A stretch of 64,000 nt of DNA from Angustibacter luteus (GTDB lineage: Bacteria > Actinomycetota > Actinomycetes > Actinomycetales > Angustibacteraceae). The notes below the pieces were generated by a model. That model saw nothing but the letters and a program-made list of their open reading frames with translations, ran no database searches and was not told the origin of the DNA. Positions 18,638-27,523 of this stretch are shown piece after piece (within the stretch, counting starts at the first letter, position 1; every line of letters begins with the position of its first letter). The stretch covers positions 1-64,000 of the forward strand of contig NZ_BAABFP010000002.1 of the NCBI RefSeq assembly GCF_039541115.1, read 5' to 3'. The translations under genes were made by a program, and so were the position numbers.

Positions 18638-19243
18638 GTGACCAGCGCGACCGACGAGCGAGCGCGTCCTCGCATCGAGGGCGAGCGCGAGGAGCAGATC
18701 TTCGCCGCGACGCTGAGCCTGCTGAGCGACGTCGGCTACGACCGCCTGACGATGGACGCCGTGGCCAGCGCGGCCCGCGCCAGCAAGGCCACCCTCTACC
18801 GGCGCTGGTCCACCAAGGCGGACCTGGTCGTGGACGCCGTGTCCCGGGCGGCGTGCATGCCGTCGCCGGACGCCGTCGACACCGGTTCCCTGCGCGGTGA
18901 CCTGCTCGCCATGTCGTGCGGCGTCGGCGGCCTGACCGACACCGTGCCGTTGGCCGTGATGTCCAGCCTGGTCACGGCCCTGCACCGCGAGCCCGAGCTC
19001 AAGGACGCGTTCCACCGCCGGTTCCTGGCCCCACGGCTGCAGCTGACGCAGGAGCTGTTCGAGCGAGCCGCCGCCCGGGGTGAGCTCGCCGAAGGCGCCG
19101 ACCCCGAGCTCCTGGCCCAGGTGCTGCCGGCGGTCGCGATCCACCGGACCTTCATCTTCGGCGAGGCGCCCAAGGACGGGTTCGTCGAGCGCGTCATCGA
19201 CGAGATCGTCCTGCCCGCCTGTCGCACCGAGACCGTGCGATGA
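18638..19243 (+). CDS. TetR/AcrR family regulator
   Basis: GYDRLTMDAVASAARASKATLYRRWSTKADL; DTGSLRGDL. Confidence 0.93.
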   Translation: MTSATDERARPRIEGEREEQIFAATLSLLSDVGYDRLTMDAVASAARASKATLYRRWSTKADLVVDAVSRAACMPSPDAVDTGSLRGDLLAMSCGVGGLTDTVPLAVMSSLVTALHREPELKDAFHRRFLAPRLQLTQELFERAAARGELAEGADPELLAQVLPAVAIHRTFIFGEAPKDGFVERVIDEIVLPACRTETVR

Positions 19244-19342
19244 ACGTGCGCTGAACGTGCGCTGACCGACCGCCGAGTGCGGCGACATCTGGCTGTCACA
19301 CCCGTAGCAGAGACTTCCGTTCAACCGATCAGAGGAACACAC

Positions 19343-20887
19343 ATGTCACACGACAGCGCGGCCACGCAAGAGCTGGCCGCACCCGAGCCGGACGGCGCGG
19401 AGCACGACCACGGGCACCGCCACCTCGGCCTCGCCCTGGCGCTGATCAGCGCCGCGCAGCTCATGGTGGTGCTGGACGGCACGATCGTGAACATCGCGCT
19501 GCCGCACATCCAGACCGACCTGGACTTCACCCCGTCGAACCTGTCCTGGGTGGTGAACGCGTACACCCTGGCCTTTGGAGGCCTGCTGCTGCTGGGTGGC
19601 CGCGCCGGCGACCTGCTGGGCCGCCGCAAGATGTTCATGGTCGGCGTCGGCCTCTTCGCGCTGGCGTCGCTGTTCGGCGGCATCGCGCAGAGCGAGGGCC
19701 AGATGCTGGCCGCGCGCGTGCTGCAGGGCGTGGGCGCCGCGATCGCGTCACCGACCGCACTCGCGCTGATCACCACGACCTTCCCGGCCGGTCAGGCCCG
19801 CAACCGCGCGTTCGGCGTCTACGCCGCGATGTCCGGAGCGGGTGCCGCCGTCGGGCTGATCCTCGGTGGCGTGCTCACCGAGTACAGCTGGCGCTGGACG
19901 TTCTTCATCAACGTGCCCATCGGCCTGCTGGTGCTGTTCCTCGCCCCGCGCTTCCTCGGTGAGTCCGAGCGTGAGTCCGGCGGCTTCGACATCCCCGGTG
20001 CGATCACCGCGACCACGGGCCTCGTCTCGCTGGTCTACGGCCTGACGCACGCGGCGTCGACCAGCTGGAGCAACCCCACCACCATCACGACCATCACGGT
20101 CGGGCTCGTGCTCATCGCGACCTTCCTGGTGATCGAGTCCCGGACGACGCACCCGCTGCTGCCGTTCCGCATCCTGGCCAACCGGACCCGCGCGGTGAGC
20201 TTCGTGGTGATGCTCATCGTCGGTGCGGCGATGTTCGCGATGTTCTACTTCCTCGGCCTGTTCATCCAGCAGGTGCTGGGCTACAGCTCGCTGAAGGCCG
20301 GCCTCGCGTTCCTGCCGTTCAGCTTCGGCATCGTCTTCGGCGCCCAGCTCGCCTCCGCGCTGCTGTCGCGCGTTGACCCGCGCTGGATCTCCGGCGCCGG
20401 CGCCGTGCTGGCCGCCGGGGCGATGCTCGGCCTCAACCAGCTGCAGGTCGACTCGACGTACGTCACCGGTCTCCTGCCGTGGATCATCCTGCTGTCGCTC
20501 GGCCTGGGCCTGGTCTTCGTGCCGCTGACCCTGACCGCGGTCAGCGGGGTGGCTCGGGAGGACTCGGGCGTCGGCTCCGCCGTGCTGAACACGATGCAGC
20601 AGGTCGGCGGCGCGCTCGGCCTGGCCACCCTGTCGACCGTGGCGGTCTCCGCCGCGACCGAGAAGGGCAACAGCCTGGCTGCTGCGCTGGCCGGCAGCGG
20701 CACCAAGCCGACGGCGGACCAGCTGCACCAGGTCGCGCTCGCGGCCCAGACCCACGGTGCGCAGCAGGCGTTCCTGGTGGCGGCCGGCATGGTGCTGGCC
20801 GGCGCCGTGGTCATCCTGTTCGGGCTCAACATCAAGCACGAGACGCTGGCTGCTGACGGTGTCGCGCCGGGGGCGCACATCGGCTGA
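19343..20887 (+). CDS. DHA2 (14-TM) MFS efflux transporter
   Basis: LDGTIVNIALPHI, GGRAGDLLGRRK, WRWTFFINVPIG; AGAGGA RBS. Confidence 0.93.
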   Translation: MSHDSAATQELAAPEPDGAEHDHGHRHLGLALALISAAQLMVVLDGTIVNIALPHIQTDLDFTPSNLSWVVNAYTLAFGGLLLLGGRAGDLLGRRKMFMVGVGLFALASLFGGIAQSEGQMLAARVLQGVGAAIASPTALALITTTFPAGQARNRAFGVYAAMSGAGAAVGLILGGVLTEYSWRWTFFINVPIGLLVLFLAPRFLGESERESGGFDIPGAITATTGLVSLVYGLTHAASTSWSNPTTITTITVGLVLIATFLVIESRTTHPLLPFRILANRTRAVSFVVMLIVGAAMFAMFYFLGLFIQQVLGYSSLKAGLAFLPFSFGIVFGAQLASALLSRVDPRWISGAGAVLAAGAMLGLNQLQVDSTYVTGLLPWIILLSLGLGLVFVPLTLTAVSGVAREDSGVGSAVLNTMQQVGGALGLATLSTVAVSAATEKGNSLAAALAGSGTKPTADQLHQVALAAQTHGAQQAFLVAAGMVLAGAVVILFGLNIKHETLAADGVAPGAHIG

Positions 20888-20893
20888 CCCAGC

Positions 20894-21136
20894 AACGCAC
20901 GAAGGCCGGGGGACCTCCGGTCGGCTGTCGCCAGCTCCTTGACGCCGACCCGCGGTCCCCCGGCCTTCCTGCGTTCCCGTCCTCACGCAGATGTCCCGCT
21001 ATCCGGGCTTGTGGCGCCAGGTTGACCCCGGATAGCGGGACATCTGGGGTCTTGCGCGGCTCGGCCAAGTCTCCGCACCATTCGCGAGTCGTGTGGTGTT
21101 GGAGGCCCTCTAAGCACGTGTAGCGCGAATGGTGCG
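20894..21136. repeat. Three stacked long inverted repeats between the convergent MFS and DUF3145 genes
   Basis: 20894-20975 imperfect long hairpin; 20988-21046 with perfect 20-bp arms CAGATGTCCCGCTATCCGGG; 21074-21136 with 13-bp arms CGCACCATTCGCG. Confidence 0.7.
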
Positions 21137-21145
21137 AGGGCGGGG

Positions 21146-21649
21146 CTAGCCGACTTGGTGGAGCCAGCGGACCGGCGCGCCGTCCCCGGCGTACCGGAAG
21201 GGCTCGAGCTCGTCGTCCCACGCCTGGCCCAGGGCGGCGCCGAGCTCGGTGAGCAGCGCCGTCCCGTCGCCGGCCGAGGCCTGGACGGCGGCCCGCAGGC
21301 GGTCCTCGCCGACCAGCACGTCGCCGTGCACGCCGACCACGGCGTGGTGGATGCCGAGCCGGGGCGTGTGGCTCCAGCGAGCTCCGTCGGCGCCCGCGGA
21401 GGGCTCTTCGGTCACCTCGAACCGCAGCTTGGCCCAGCCCCGCAAGGCGGAGGCCAGCCGAGCACCCGTGCCCGCGACGCCCTGCCACGACAGCTCGCCG
21501 CGGACGGTGCCGGGCTCGGCCGGCTGGTTCGTCCAGTCCAGGTGCACCCGGGCATCCAGCACTCCGGCGGCGGCCCACTCCACGTGCGGGCACAGCGCCG
21601 GGGGCGCGGAGTGCACGAAAACGACACCACGCGTCATCGCGGCAGACAT
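21146..21649 (-). CDS. DUF3145 family protein
   Basis: GVVFVHSAPPALCPHVEWA, LRFEVTEEP, LGQAWDDELEPFRYAG; AAGGAGG RBS. Confidence 0.88.
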   Translation of the reverse strand: MSAAMTRGVVFVHSAPPALCPHVEWAAAGVLDARVHLDWTNQPAEPGTVRGELSWQGVAGTGARLASALRGWAKLRFEVTEEPSAGADGARWSHTPRLGIHHAVVGVHGDVLVGEDRLRAAVQASAGDGTALLTELGAALGQAWDDELEPFRYAGDGAPVRWLHQVG

Positions 21650-21819
21650 CACGACCTCCTTGGCCTCGAGGGACGTCTTCCCCAACGACCTCGAGCTCGG
21701 AGCGTGAACAACCACGTGCTGCTGGCGTACGGCGCGACGAGCGCGCTGCCACCAGTGTGCCTCACCAACCCCACCAGCACCAGCCCTCCCGCCAGCGGCA
21801 GATTGACGCCCGGAAGCGC

Positions 21820-21847
21820 TGAAGTCGGTCGCTCCCCCTGCCGATCA
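21820..21847 (+). promoter_or_regulatory. Possible sigma28-type promoter of the hypothetical gene at 21880
   Basis: (T)GAAG-N15-GCCGATCA. Confidence 0.5.
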
Positions 21848-21879
21848 TGCGAACAGAGCGTCGAGTGGAGGGACCGCAC

Positions 21880-22305
21880 GTGGAGAAGAGCGAGCTGTTG
21901 ATGGCTGAGGCGTACGACGAGGGTGTCGTCTCGGAGGTCATCCGTCCCGCCGCGATCGTGCCCGAGGAGGCCGCCCGCGCCGTCCTCGTGGAGCTGGCTC
22001 TGCGCGACGTCCAGAATGGTGGTGTCTGGCAGTCCGAGCCGCAGCTCTGGAGCCTGTACGACCGGCCCTGGCACGGGTACAACAACCCGGCCGGCGCCGA
22101 GCTGATCGGCACCATCCAGGTCGCCTACGGCACGCCCACCAAGTACGAGATCACGATCTACCGGGTGACCGTGACCCGGTTCGGCGTGGACCACGGGTGG
22201 ACCGTGCACAGCCTCACCGACGCGGCGCTGGAGTTCGGCGGCCTGACGCTCGACGCGTGCCCGCGCGCCACGATGTCCGCTCCCCCGCGGCCCTTCAAGT
22301 ACTGA
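21880..22305 (+). CDS. Hypothetical protein (141 aa), left edge of the flagellar cluster
   Basis: GGAGGG RBS before GTG; strong GC bias at third codon positions; globular aromatic-rich sequence (WSLYDRPW, IQVAYGTPTKYEITIYRVTVT). Confidence 0.75.
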   Translation: MEKSELLMAEAYDEGVVSEVIRPAAIVPEEAARAVLVELALRDVQNGGVWQSEPQLWSLYDRPWHGYNNPAGAELIGTIQVAYGTPTKYEITIYRVTVTRFGVDHGWTVHSLTDAALEFGGLTLDACPRATMSAPPRPFKY

Positions 22306-22383
22306 CGGCTTCACGTCCTGACCGGCTTCACGTCCTGACCGGCTTCACGTCCTGACCGGCTTCACGTCCTGACCGGCTTCACG
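22304..22383. repeat. 17-bp tandem repeat (~4.7 copies)
   Basis: (ACCGGCTTCACGTCCTG)n with no spacers, starting at the stop codon of the 21880 gene. Confidence 0.92.
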
Positions 22384-22508
22384 AGCCGGCGACGCGCGCC
22401 AGGCCGAGCACCACCGCGCGCGCAGATCGCTGCCGCGCCTCGTCGTCCTCCAGACGCAGGCGCAGACGCCCACGCGTCGCCCGCGACGGGGCGCAGAGCC
22501 GGGCTCGG

Positions 22509-23729
22509 TCAGCCGAGCGTGACGAGCTCGTGGCCCCAGACCACCGCGGCCAGGTGGGACATCTGCACGTCGAGCGGCGCACCCAGGTCGAAGCCCGAGA
22601 CGTGCCGGTCGACGTCGCGGACGAGTCGCCCGAGCTCGTCGGTGCCGTCGAGCACCGCCCGGCGGATCTCGTCGTTGGCGCCGATGGTCTCCAGCATCTG
22701 GTGGCTGCTCAGGCCGGTCACCTCGGCCAGGGCCGGCAGCAGCCCGGCGAGGAAGGCGACGCCCGGCTTGCTGGTGCCACGGGCGGACGCGACCAGCTGG
22801 CACGCGCGGGCCCGTACGAGCACCTCGACCGAGGTCATCACGTCGGCGGAGTCCTGCCCGGCGACCAGCATCAGCGCGATCCAGCCGGACAGCGTGCCCG
22901 GGCCGACCAGCACGAGGGCCTGGTGCACCGAGCCGATGGTGCGACCTGCGCCGGCGGCGGCGCTGTTCGCCATCCGCAGGGTGCGAACCGTCAGCACCGC
23001 GTCGGAGCTGACCAGCTCCTCGATGTGGGTGAGGTCGATGTCGTCCTGGGCCAGGGCGGTCAGCAGCCGGAGGCAGATCGCGTGGCGGGGAGACATCGGC
23101 ATCGACGGCTGGTCCGCGGGCCGCGCGTACAGGTAGCCCTGGAAGAGGTCGAACCCGGCCGCCAGCGCTCGCTCGTGGGTCTCGGCGTCCTCGACCTTCT
23201 CCGCGACCACCTGCAAGCCGAGGTCGTGCAGGCGTGAGACCAGGTCGGGCCAGGCGTCGGCGGGGGTCTGCAGGACGTCGATCTTGACGATGTCGGCCAG
23301 CGGCAGCAGGCGCTCGGCGGAGGAGTCGGGGACGAAGTCGTCCAGCGCGACCCGGAAGCCGGACTCGCGCAGCGCGACGATCCGCTCGACCACCAGGTCG
23401 CTCACCTCGACGCCCTCGACGACCTCGATGACCGTCTCGGCCGCCGGCGCGAGGTCGATGAGCTCACCGAGGAGCAGCCCGACGTCCACGTTCAGGAAGA
23501 GCGGGTGGCCGCCACCCAGCCGCTCCCAGCCCAGGTCGCAGGCAGCGGTGACCAGCACCTCGGCGGTGGCCCGGTCGCCGTCGAACGCGTGGTGGGTGGG
23601 CGACGGCGAGCCGCGGAACAGCAGCTCGTAGCCGTGCAGCTTGCCGGACCGGTCCACGATGGGCTGGCGGGCGAGCGACGCCGTACCGGCCTGGTTCACC
23701 TGCGGGCCGGATCCGAGAGTCGTCGTCAC
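22509..23729 (-). CDS. EAL + HDOD protein, probable c-di-GMP phosphodiesterase (YuxH/PdeH-like)
   Basis: ARQPI, GYELLFR, ALDDF, IVKID, AEKVE, FQGY; HDOD-like LRMANSA...SVHQALVLVG. Confidence 0.88.
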   Translation of the reverse strand: MTTTLGSGPQVNQAGTASLARQPIVDRSGKLHGYELLFRGSPSPTHHAFDGDRATAEVLVTAACDLGWERLGGGHPLFLNVDVGLLLGELIDLAPAAETVIEVVEGVEVSDLVVERIVALRESGFRVALDDFVPDSSAERLLPLADIVKIDVLQTPADAWPDLVSRLHDLGLQVVAEKVEDAETHERALAAGFDLFQGYLYARPADQPSMPMSPRHAICLRLLTALAQDDIDLTHIEELVSSDAVLTVRTLRMANSAAAGAGRTIGSVHQALVLVGPGTLSGWIALMLVAGQDSADVMTSVEVLVRARACQLVASARGTSKPGVAFLAGLLPALAEVTGLSSHQMLETIGANDEIRRAVLDGTDELGRLVRDVDRHVSGFDLGAPLDVQMSHLAAVVWGHELVTLG

Positions 23730-23736
23730 GAGTTCT

Positions 23737-23763
23737 CCATCGGCAACCGATGCACCGGCCTTA
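23737..23763 (-). promoter_or_regulatory. sigma28-type promoter of the EAL-HDOD gene (probably leaderless)
   Basis: TAAG-N15-GCCGATGG, 7 nt before the GTG. Confidence 0.75.
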
Positions 23764-23801
23764 ATGGAACGGCGACTTCCGTTCGAGGTGGAGCGTGCTC
23801 C

Positions 23802-24050
23802 TCAGCCCGGAGGCGCGGGCCGTCGGTTGCGCACGGCGTCCTGCAGCGCGACCAGCGTCTCCTCGTTCGCCGCGGCGGCGGCGCGGTTGGCCGCCATCAC
23901 CGCCTCGTAGACCTCTTGCCGGTGAACCTGCACGTGCCGGGGTGCATCGACCCCGATCCGGACGACGTCGCCCTTGACGTCGAGTACGCGGATGACCACG
24001 TCATCGCCGATGACGAGGCTCTCGCCGACGCGCCGGGTGAGTACGAGCAT
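23802..24050 (-). CDS. csrA: Carbon storage regulator CsrA
   Basis: [18 protein letters not shown]...[19 protein letters not shown] plus a C-terminal extension of the FliW-regulated type. Confidence 0.96.
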   Translation of the reverse strand: MLVLTRRVGESLVIGDDVVIRVLDVKGDVVRIGVDAPRHVQVHRQEVYEAVMAANRAAAAANEETLVALQDAVRNRRPAPPG

Positions 24051-24071
24051 CGGTCCAGCATAGGTGCGACG

Positions 24072-25313
24072 TCAGCGCCAGCGGTCCAGGCACGGCGACG
24101 CCCACGCCCCGACCGTGGCCGGCCGGCCATCCAGCCAGGTCACCGGGAGGTCGTGCTCGAGCAGGCCGAGCGGGTCGGGCGTGTCGTGGATCGCGTAGGC
24201 CGCGAGCCGTCCGGCCGCCGGACCGTCGCCGCCCAGGGCGGCCAGCCACCCCTTCGTCCGGGCCACGTCCCAGCACGCGTCGACGACAGCCGTGACGGTG
24301 CACCCGCCGACCTCGGTGACGGTGCCGGCGGCCCGGCTCGCGTCCGCGAGCTCCTCACCGGACGGGACGACGACCAGGACGCCCCCGTGCTCGCGAGCCA
24401 GGTCCTGGACGACGTCCTGGGTGCTCTGCTGCCCGGCCCACGGCCGCGATGCGTCGCCGAGCTCCACGATGCACGCCGGGTCCGCGCCGCAGGCCTTGGC
24501 CCAGGCGTGCGCCACCTCCGTAGCGCGCTCGGCGTCACCGACCAGGACCTGGACGCCGACCAGCCGGCGCGGTGCCGTGACGGCGACGTCGTCGAGCAGC
24601 TCGAGCAGGCAGAGCCGGTCGGTGTCGACGTCGGGTGTCTGCACGGGCAGGCCGAGCTGGGCCACTGCCGGCGTGACCAGCCAGGTCCGGCGAGCGTGCG
24701 GGGACGAGGACGGCGCCGCCGGGGTTTCGGCTGCCACGGGTTCCGGAGCAGCGACCGGGGCAGTGACCGGGGCAGTGACCGGGGCAGTGACCGGGGCAGT
24801 GACCGGGGCAGTGACCGGGGCAGCGACCGGGGCAGCGACGTGGGTGATCGCGGGCGCGGGTGCCGGCGGGATGACCCGCGGGACGGCCGGCGCGAACTCC
24901 ACCGGGGACGACGTCCGGGTCTCCGGCGCGGCCCGGGCGACCAGCTCGCGCACCAGCGAGTCGAACGACTCGGACTCGGTGGACAGCGCGCGGCCCGGAG
25001 CGCGATCGGCGGGCGGGTCCGCACCCGGGTGCATCCCGCCGTCCTGGGCGTCGGCGACGGCCAGCAGGTCCTCGAGCGACGACGGCGCGCGGTGGGCCGG
25101 GGCAGGAACGGCAACCGGTACGGCGGCCGGCACCGCGGGCCTCTCGTCCACGGCGACGGCGACCTCGTACCGGAGCTTGGCGAAGAACCCGGCGAACCCG
25201 CCCACCAGCTTGCGCTCGGCGTGCACGATGCGGGCGTCCGGGCCGTGCTCGCTGCGGACGCGGACGAGGAGCTCGTCGATGTCCGGGCCCTCAAGCAGCA
25301 ATTGCTGTGCCAA
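24072..25313 (-). CDS. FlhF-like protein with a degenerate GTPase domain
   Basis: N-terminus LLEGPDIDELLVRVRSEHGPDARIV..ERKLVGGFAGFF..RYEV resembles the FlhF B-domain start; lies directly after flhA; no GxxGxGKT. Confidence 0.6.
   Translation of the reverse strand: MAQQLLLEGPDIDELLVRVRSEHGPDARIVHAERKLVGGFAGFFAKLRYEVAVAVDERPAVPAAVPVAVPAPAHRAPSSLEDLLAVADAQDGGMHPGADPPADRAPGRALSTESESFDSLVRELVARAAPETRTSSPVEFAPAVPRVIPPAPAPAITHVAAPVAAPVTAPVTAPVTAPVTAPVTAPVAAPEPVAAETPAAPSSSPHARRTWLVTPAVAQLGLPVQTPDVDTDRLCLLELLDDVAVTAPRRLVGVQVLVGDAERATEVAHAWAKACGADPACIVELGDASRPWAGQQSTQDVVQDLAREHGGVLVVVPSGEELADASRAAGTVTEVGGCTVTAVVDACWDVARTKGWLAALGGDGPAAGRLAAYAIHDTPDPLGLLEHDLPVTWLDGRPATVGAWASPCLDRWR
24748..24839. repeat. 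In-frame 12-bp tandem repeat (APVT/APVA), 7 full copies plus a partial one
   Basis: (GCAG[C/T]GACCGGG)n on the + strand. Confidence 0.92.
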
Positions 25314-27354
25314 CGTTCACCACTCCCGTCGTCTCGATCTGCAGCGTGGGGTCGATCTCGGCGTACGACAGGACGGGCAGCCGAGGGACATGCGGCGCCA
25401 GCAGGCGGCGCAGCGCGGCCCGGACCAGGGGCGGGCACACCAGCACTGGCTGGGCGCCGGTGCGCTCGGCCTCGACGAGGCGCTGCATCGCCGAGTCCAC
25501 CACCCGCTCAGCGGTGCCGCCGGGCAGCGCGATGACCGTTCCCGTCTCGGTCGGGCGGGCGGACTCCACGAGCTGCTGCTCGAGCACGGGGTCGAGCGTC
25601 ATGACCTGCAGGACGCCGTCGCGCGCCCAGGTGTCGCAGATGGCGGGGCCCAGCGCGAGGCGCGAGGCCTCGACCAACCCGTCCAGGTCCGAGCCCGCCT
25701 TGGCGCGCTGGGACAGCGCCTCGAACACCCGGACCAGGTCGCGGACCGATACGCCCTCGGCCAGCAGCGCCTGCAGGACGCGCTGCACCTCGCCCGTCGT
25801 CATCAGCGCCGGCGTGAGCTCCTCGACGACGACGGGGTGGGTGCGCCGGACGGACTCGACGAGCGCCTTCACGTCCTCGCGGCCGAGCAGCCGCGCCGCG
25901 TGGGTCTGGACGATCTCGGCGAGGTGGGTGATGAGCACGCTGGAGCGGTCCACCACGGAAGCGCCGTACAGCTCGGCCTGCTGGCGGGCCTCGACGGGCA
26001 CCCACTTGCCGGCCAGCCCGAAGACCGGCTCGGTGGTCGGGCGACCGGGCACGTTGTCCAGGTCCTCGCCGATCGCCAGCACGTGCCCGGGGGGCGCCTG
26101 GCCCCGGCCGACCTCGACGCCGCTGATCCGGATCGAGTAGCCGGACTGCGGCAGGTCGAGGCTGTCCCGGGTGCGGACGGGAGGCATGACCAGCCCGAGC
26201 TGGAGCGCGAGCTTGCGGCGCAGGGCACGCACCCGGTCGAGGAGGTCTCCACCGACGCCGGAGTCGACCAGGTCGACGAGGTCCGGGGCGAGCACGACCT
26301 CGAGCGGATCGACGCGCATCTCCCCCATCAACGAGTCGGGGGTCTCCTCCTGCGAGGGCGCGTTGGCCGCCGCCACGGTCAGCTCGGTCTTCGCGGCCTT
26401 CGCGGCCCCGGACGAGGTGCGCTGGGCGATGAGCAGCACGGCGGCGCCGACGAGGATGAACGGCAGCTTGGGGATTCCCGGCAGCAGACCGATGCCGATG
26501 GCGGCCGCACCGGCGATGAACAGGGCGCGCGGCTGGGCGCCGATCTGCGCCGCCGCATCCGTGCCCATGTCGCCGTTGGTGGTCGAGCGGGTCACGATGA
26601 GACCGGTGGCCACCGAGAGCAGCAGCGCCGGGATCTGCGAGACCAGTCCGTCGCCGATCGTCAGCAGGCTGTAGGTCTGCAGCGCCTCGGCCGGGGACAG
26701 CCCGCGCTGGAGCATCCCGATGGCGAACCCGCCGACCAGGTTGATGATCGTGATGACGATGGCCGCGATCGCGTCACCCTTGACGAACTTCGAGCCACCG
26801 TCCATCGCACCGTAGAAGTCGGCCTCGGCGGTGACGTCGGCCCGCCGGCGGCGCGCCTCGTCCTCGTCGATCAGGCCGGAGTTCAGGTCGGCGTCGATGG
26901 CCATCTGCTTGCCCGGCATCGCGTCCAGGGTGAACCGTGCGCCCACCTCGGCGACGCGGCCCGCACCGTTGGTGATGACCGCGAACTGGATGACCACGAG
27001 GATCAGGAAGATGACCAGGCCGATGACCAGCGAGCCGCCGACCACGAAGTGCCCGAACGAGTCGATCACCTTGCCGGCGTAGCCGTCGCGCAGCACCAGG
27101 CGCGTCGCAGACACGTTGAGCGAGAGCCGCAGCAGGGTCAGGACCAGGATCAGCGAGGGGAAGATCGAGAAGTCGAGCGGCCGCCGGATGTACATCGACA
27201 CCAGCAGGATCGCGATCGCCGCGGTGATGTTGAACGCGATCAGCAGGTCCAGGAACGCCGAGGGCAGCGGGACGACGAGCAGCAGGACGACGCCGACGAC
27301 GCCGATAGGCAGCGCGAGCTGGCTGGCACGAGAGGTCACGAACGAAGGGCCCAT
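25291..27354 (-). CDS. flhA: Flagellar export protein FlhA
   Basis: GRVAEVGARFTLDAMPGKQMAIDADL, FYGAMDGGSKFVKGDA; start may be GTG 27339. Confidence 0.97.
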   Translation of the reverse strand: MGPSFVTSRASQLALPIGVVGVVLLLVVPLPSAFLDLLIAFNITAAIAILLVSMYIRRPLDFSIFPSLILVLTLLRLSLNVSATRLVLRDGYAGKVIDSFGHFVVGGSLVIGLVIFLILVVIQFAVITNGAGRVAEVGARFTLDAMPGKQMAIDADLNSGLIDEDEARRRRADVTAEADFYGAMDGGSKFVKGDAIAAIVITIINLVGGFAIGMLQRGLSPAEALQTYSLLTIGDGLVSQIPALLLSVATGLIVTRSTTNGDMGTDAAAQIGAQPRALFIAGAAAIGIGLLPGIPKLPFILVGAAVLLIAQRTSSGAAKAAKTELTVAAANAPSQEETPDSLMGEMRVDPLEVVLAPDLVDLVDSGVGGDLLDRVRALRRKLALQLGLVMPPVRTRDSLDLPQSGYSIRISGVEVGRGQAPPGHVLAIGEDLDNVPGRPTTEPVFGLAGKWVPVEARQQAELYGASVVDRSSVLITHLAEIVQTHAARLLGREDVKALVESVRRTHPVVVEELTPALMTTGEVQRVLQALLAEGVSVRDLVRVFEALSQRAKAGSDLDGLVEASRLALGPAICDTWARDGVLQVMTLDPVLEQQLVESARPTETGTVIALPGGTAERVVDSAMQRLVEAERTGAQPVLVCPPLVRAALRRLLAPHVPRLPVLSYAEIDPTLQIETTGVVNVGTAIAA

Positions 27355-27433
27355 CGGTTCGTGGCCGGTCCTTGGCCCTGGTGTCGCGCCGTCCTGGCGG
27401 GAGAACGACCGGTCATCTGTCCGGTCCCTTTCT

Positions 27434-27461
27434 CCCTCGGCAGGATCGGCCGAGAACTTGA
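27434..27461 (-). promoter_or_regulatory. sigma28-type promoter of flhA-(flhF-like)-csrA
   Basis: TCAA-N16-GCCGAGGG; the leader carries two GGA-loop hairpins (27363-27377, 27387-27399). Confidence 0.55.
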
Positions 27462-27523
27462 GTCCGCCGCCCGGCGTCCCGACGTCGTCCCCGGCCCGTC
27501 GGGTCCGGGCGTGGTCACCGGCG

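Noticed and set aside
19241..19265. TGAACGTGCGC duplication after the TetR stop
   Set aside because: Only two copies; most likely local slippage
22304..22383. CRISPR array
   Set aside because: The 17-bp units are contiguous with no unique spacers, and there are no cas genes in the window
22384..22508. Possible gene remnant between the minisatellite and the EAL-HDOD stop
   Set aside because: No start or RBS and no recognisable motif in the frames I read
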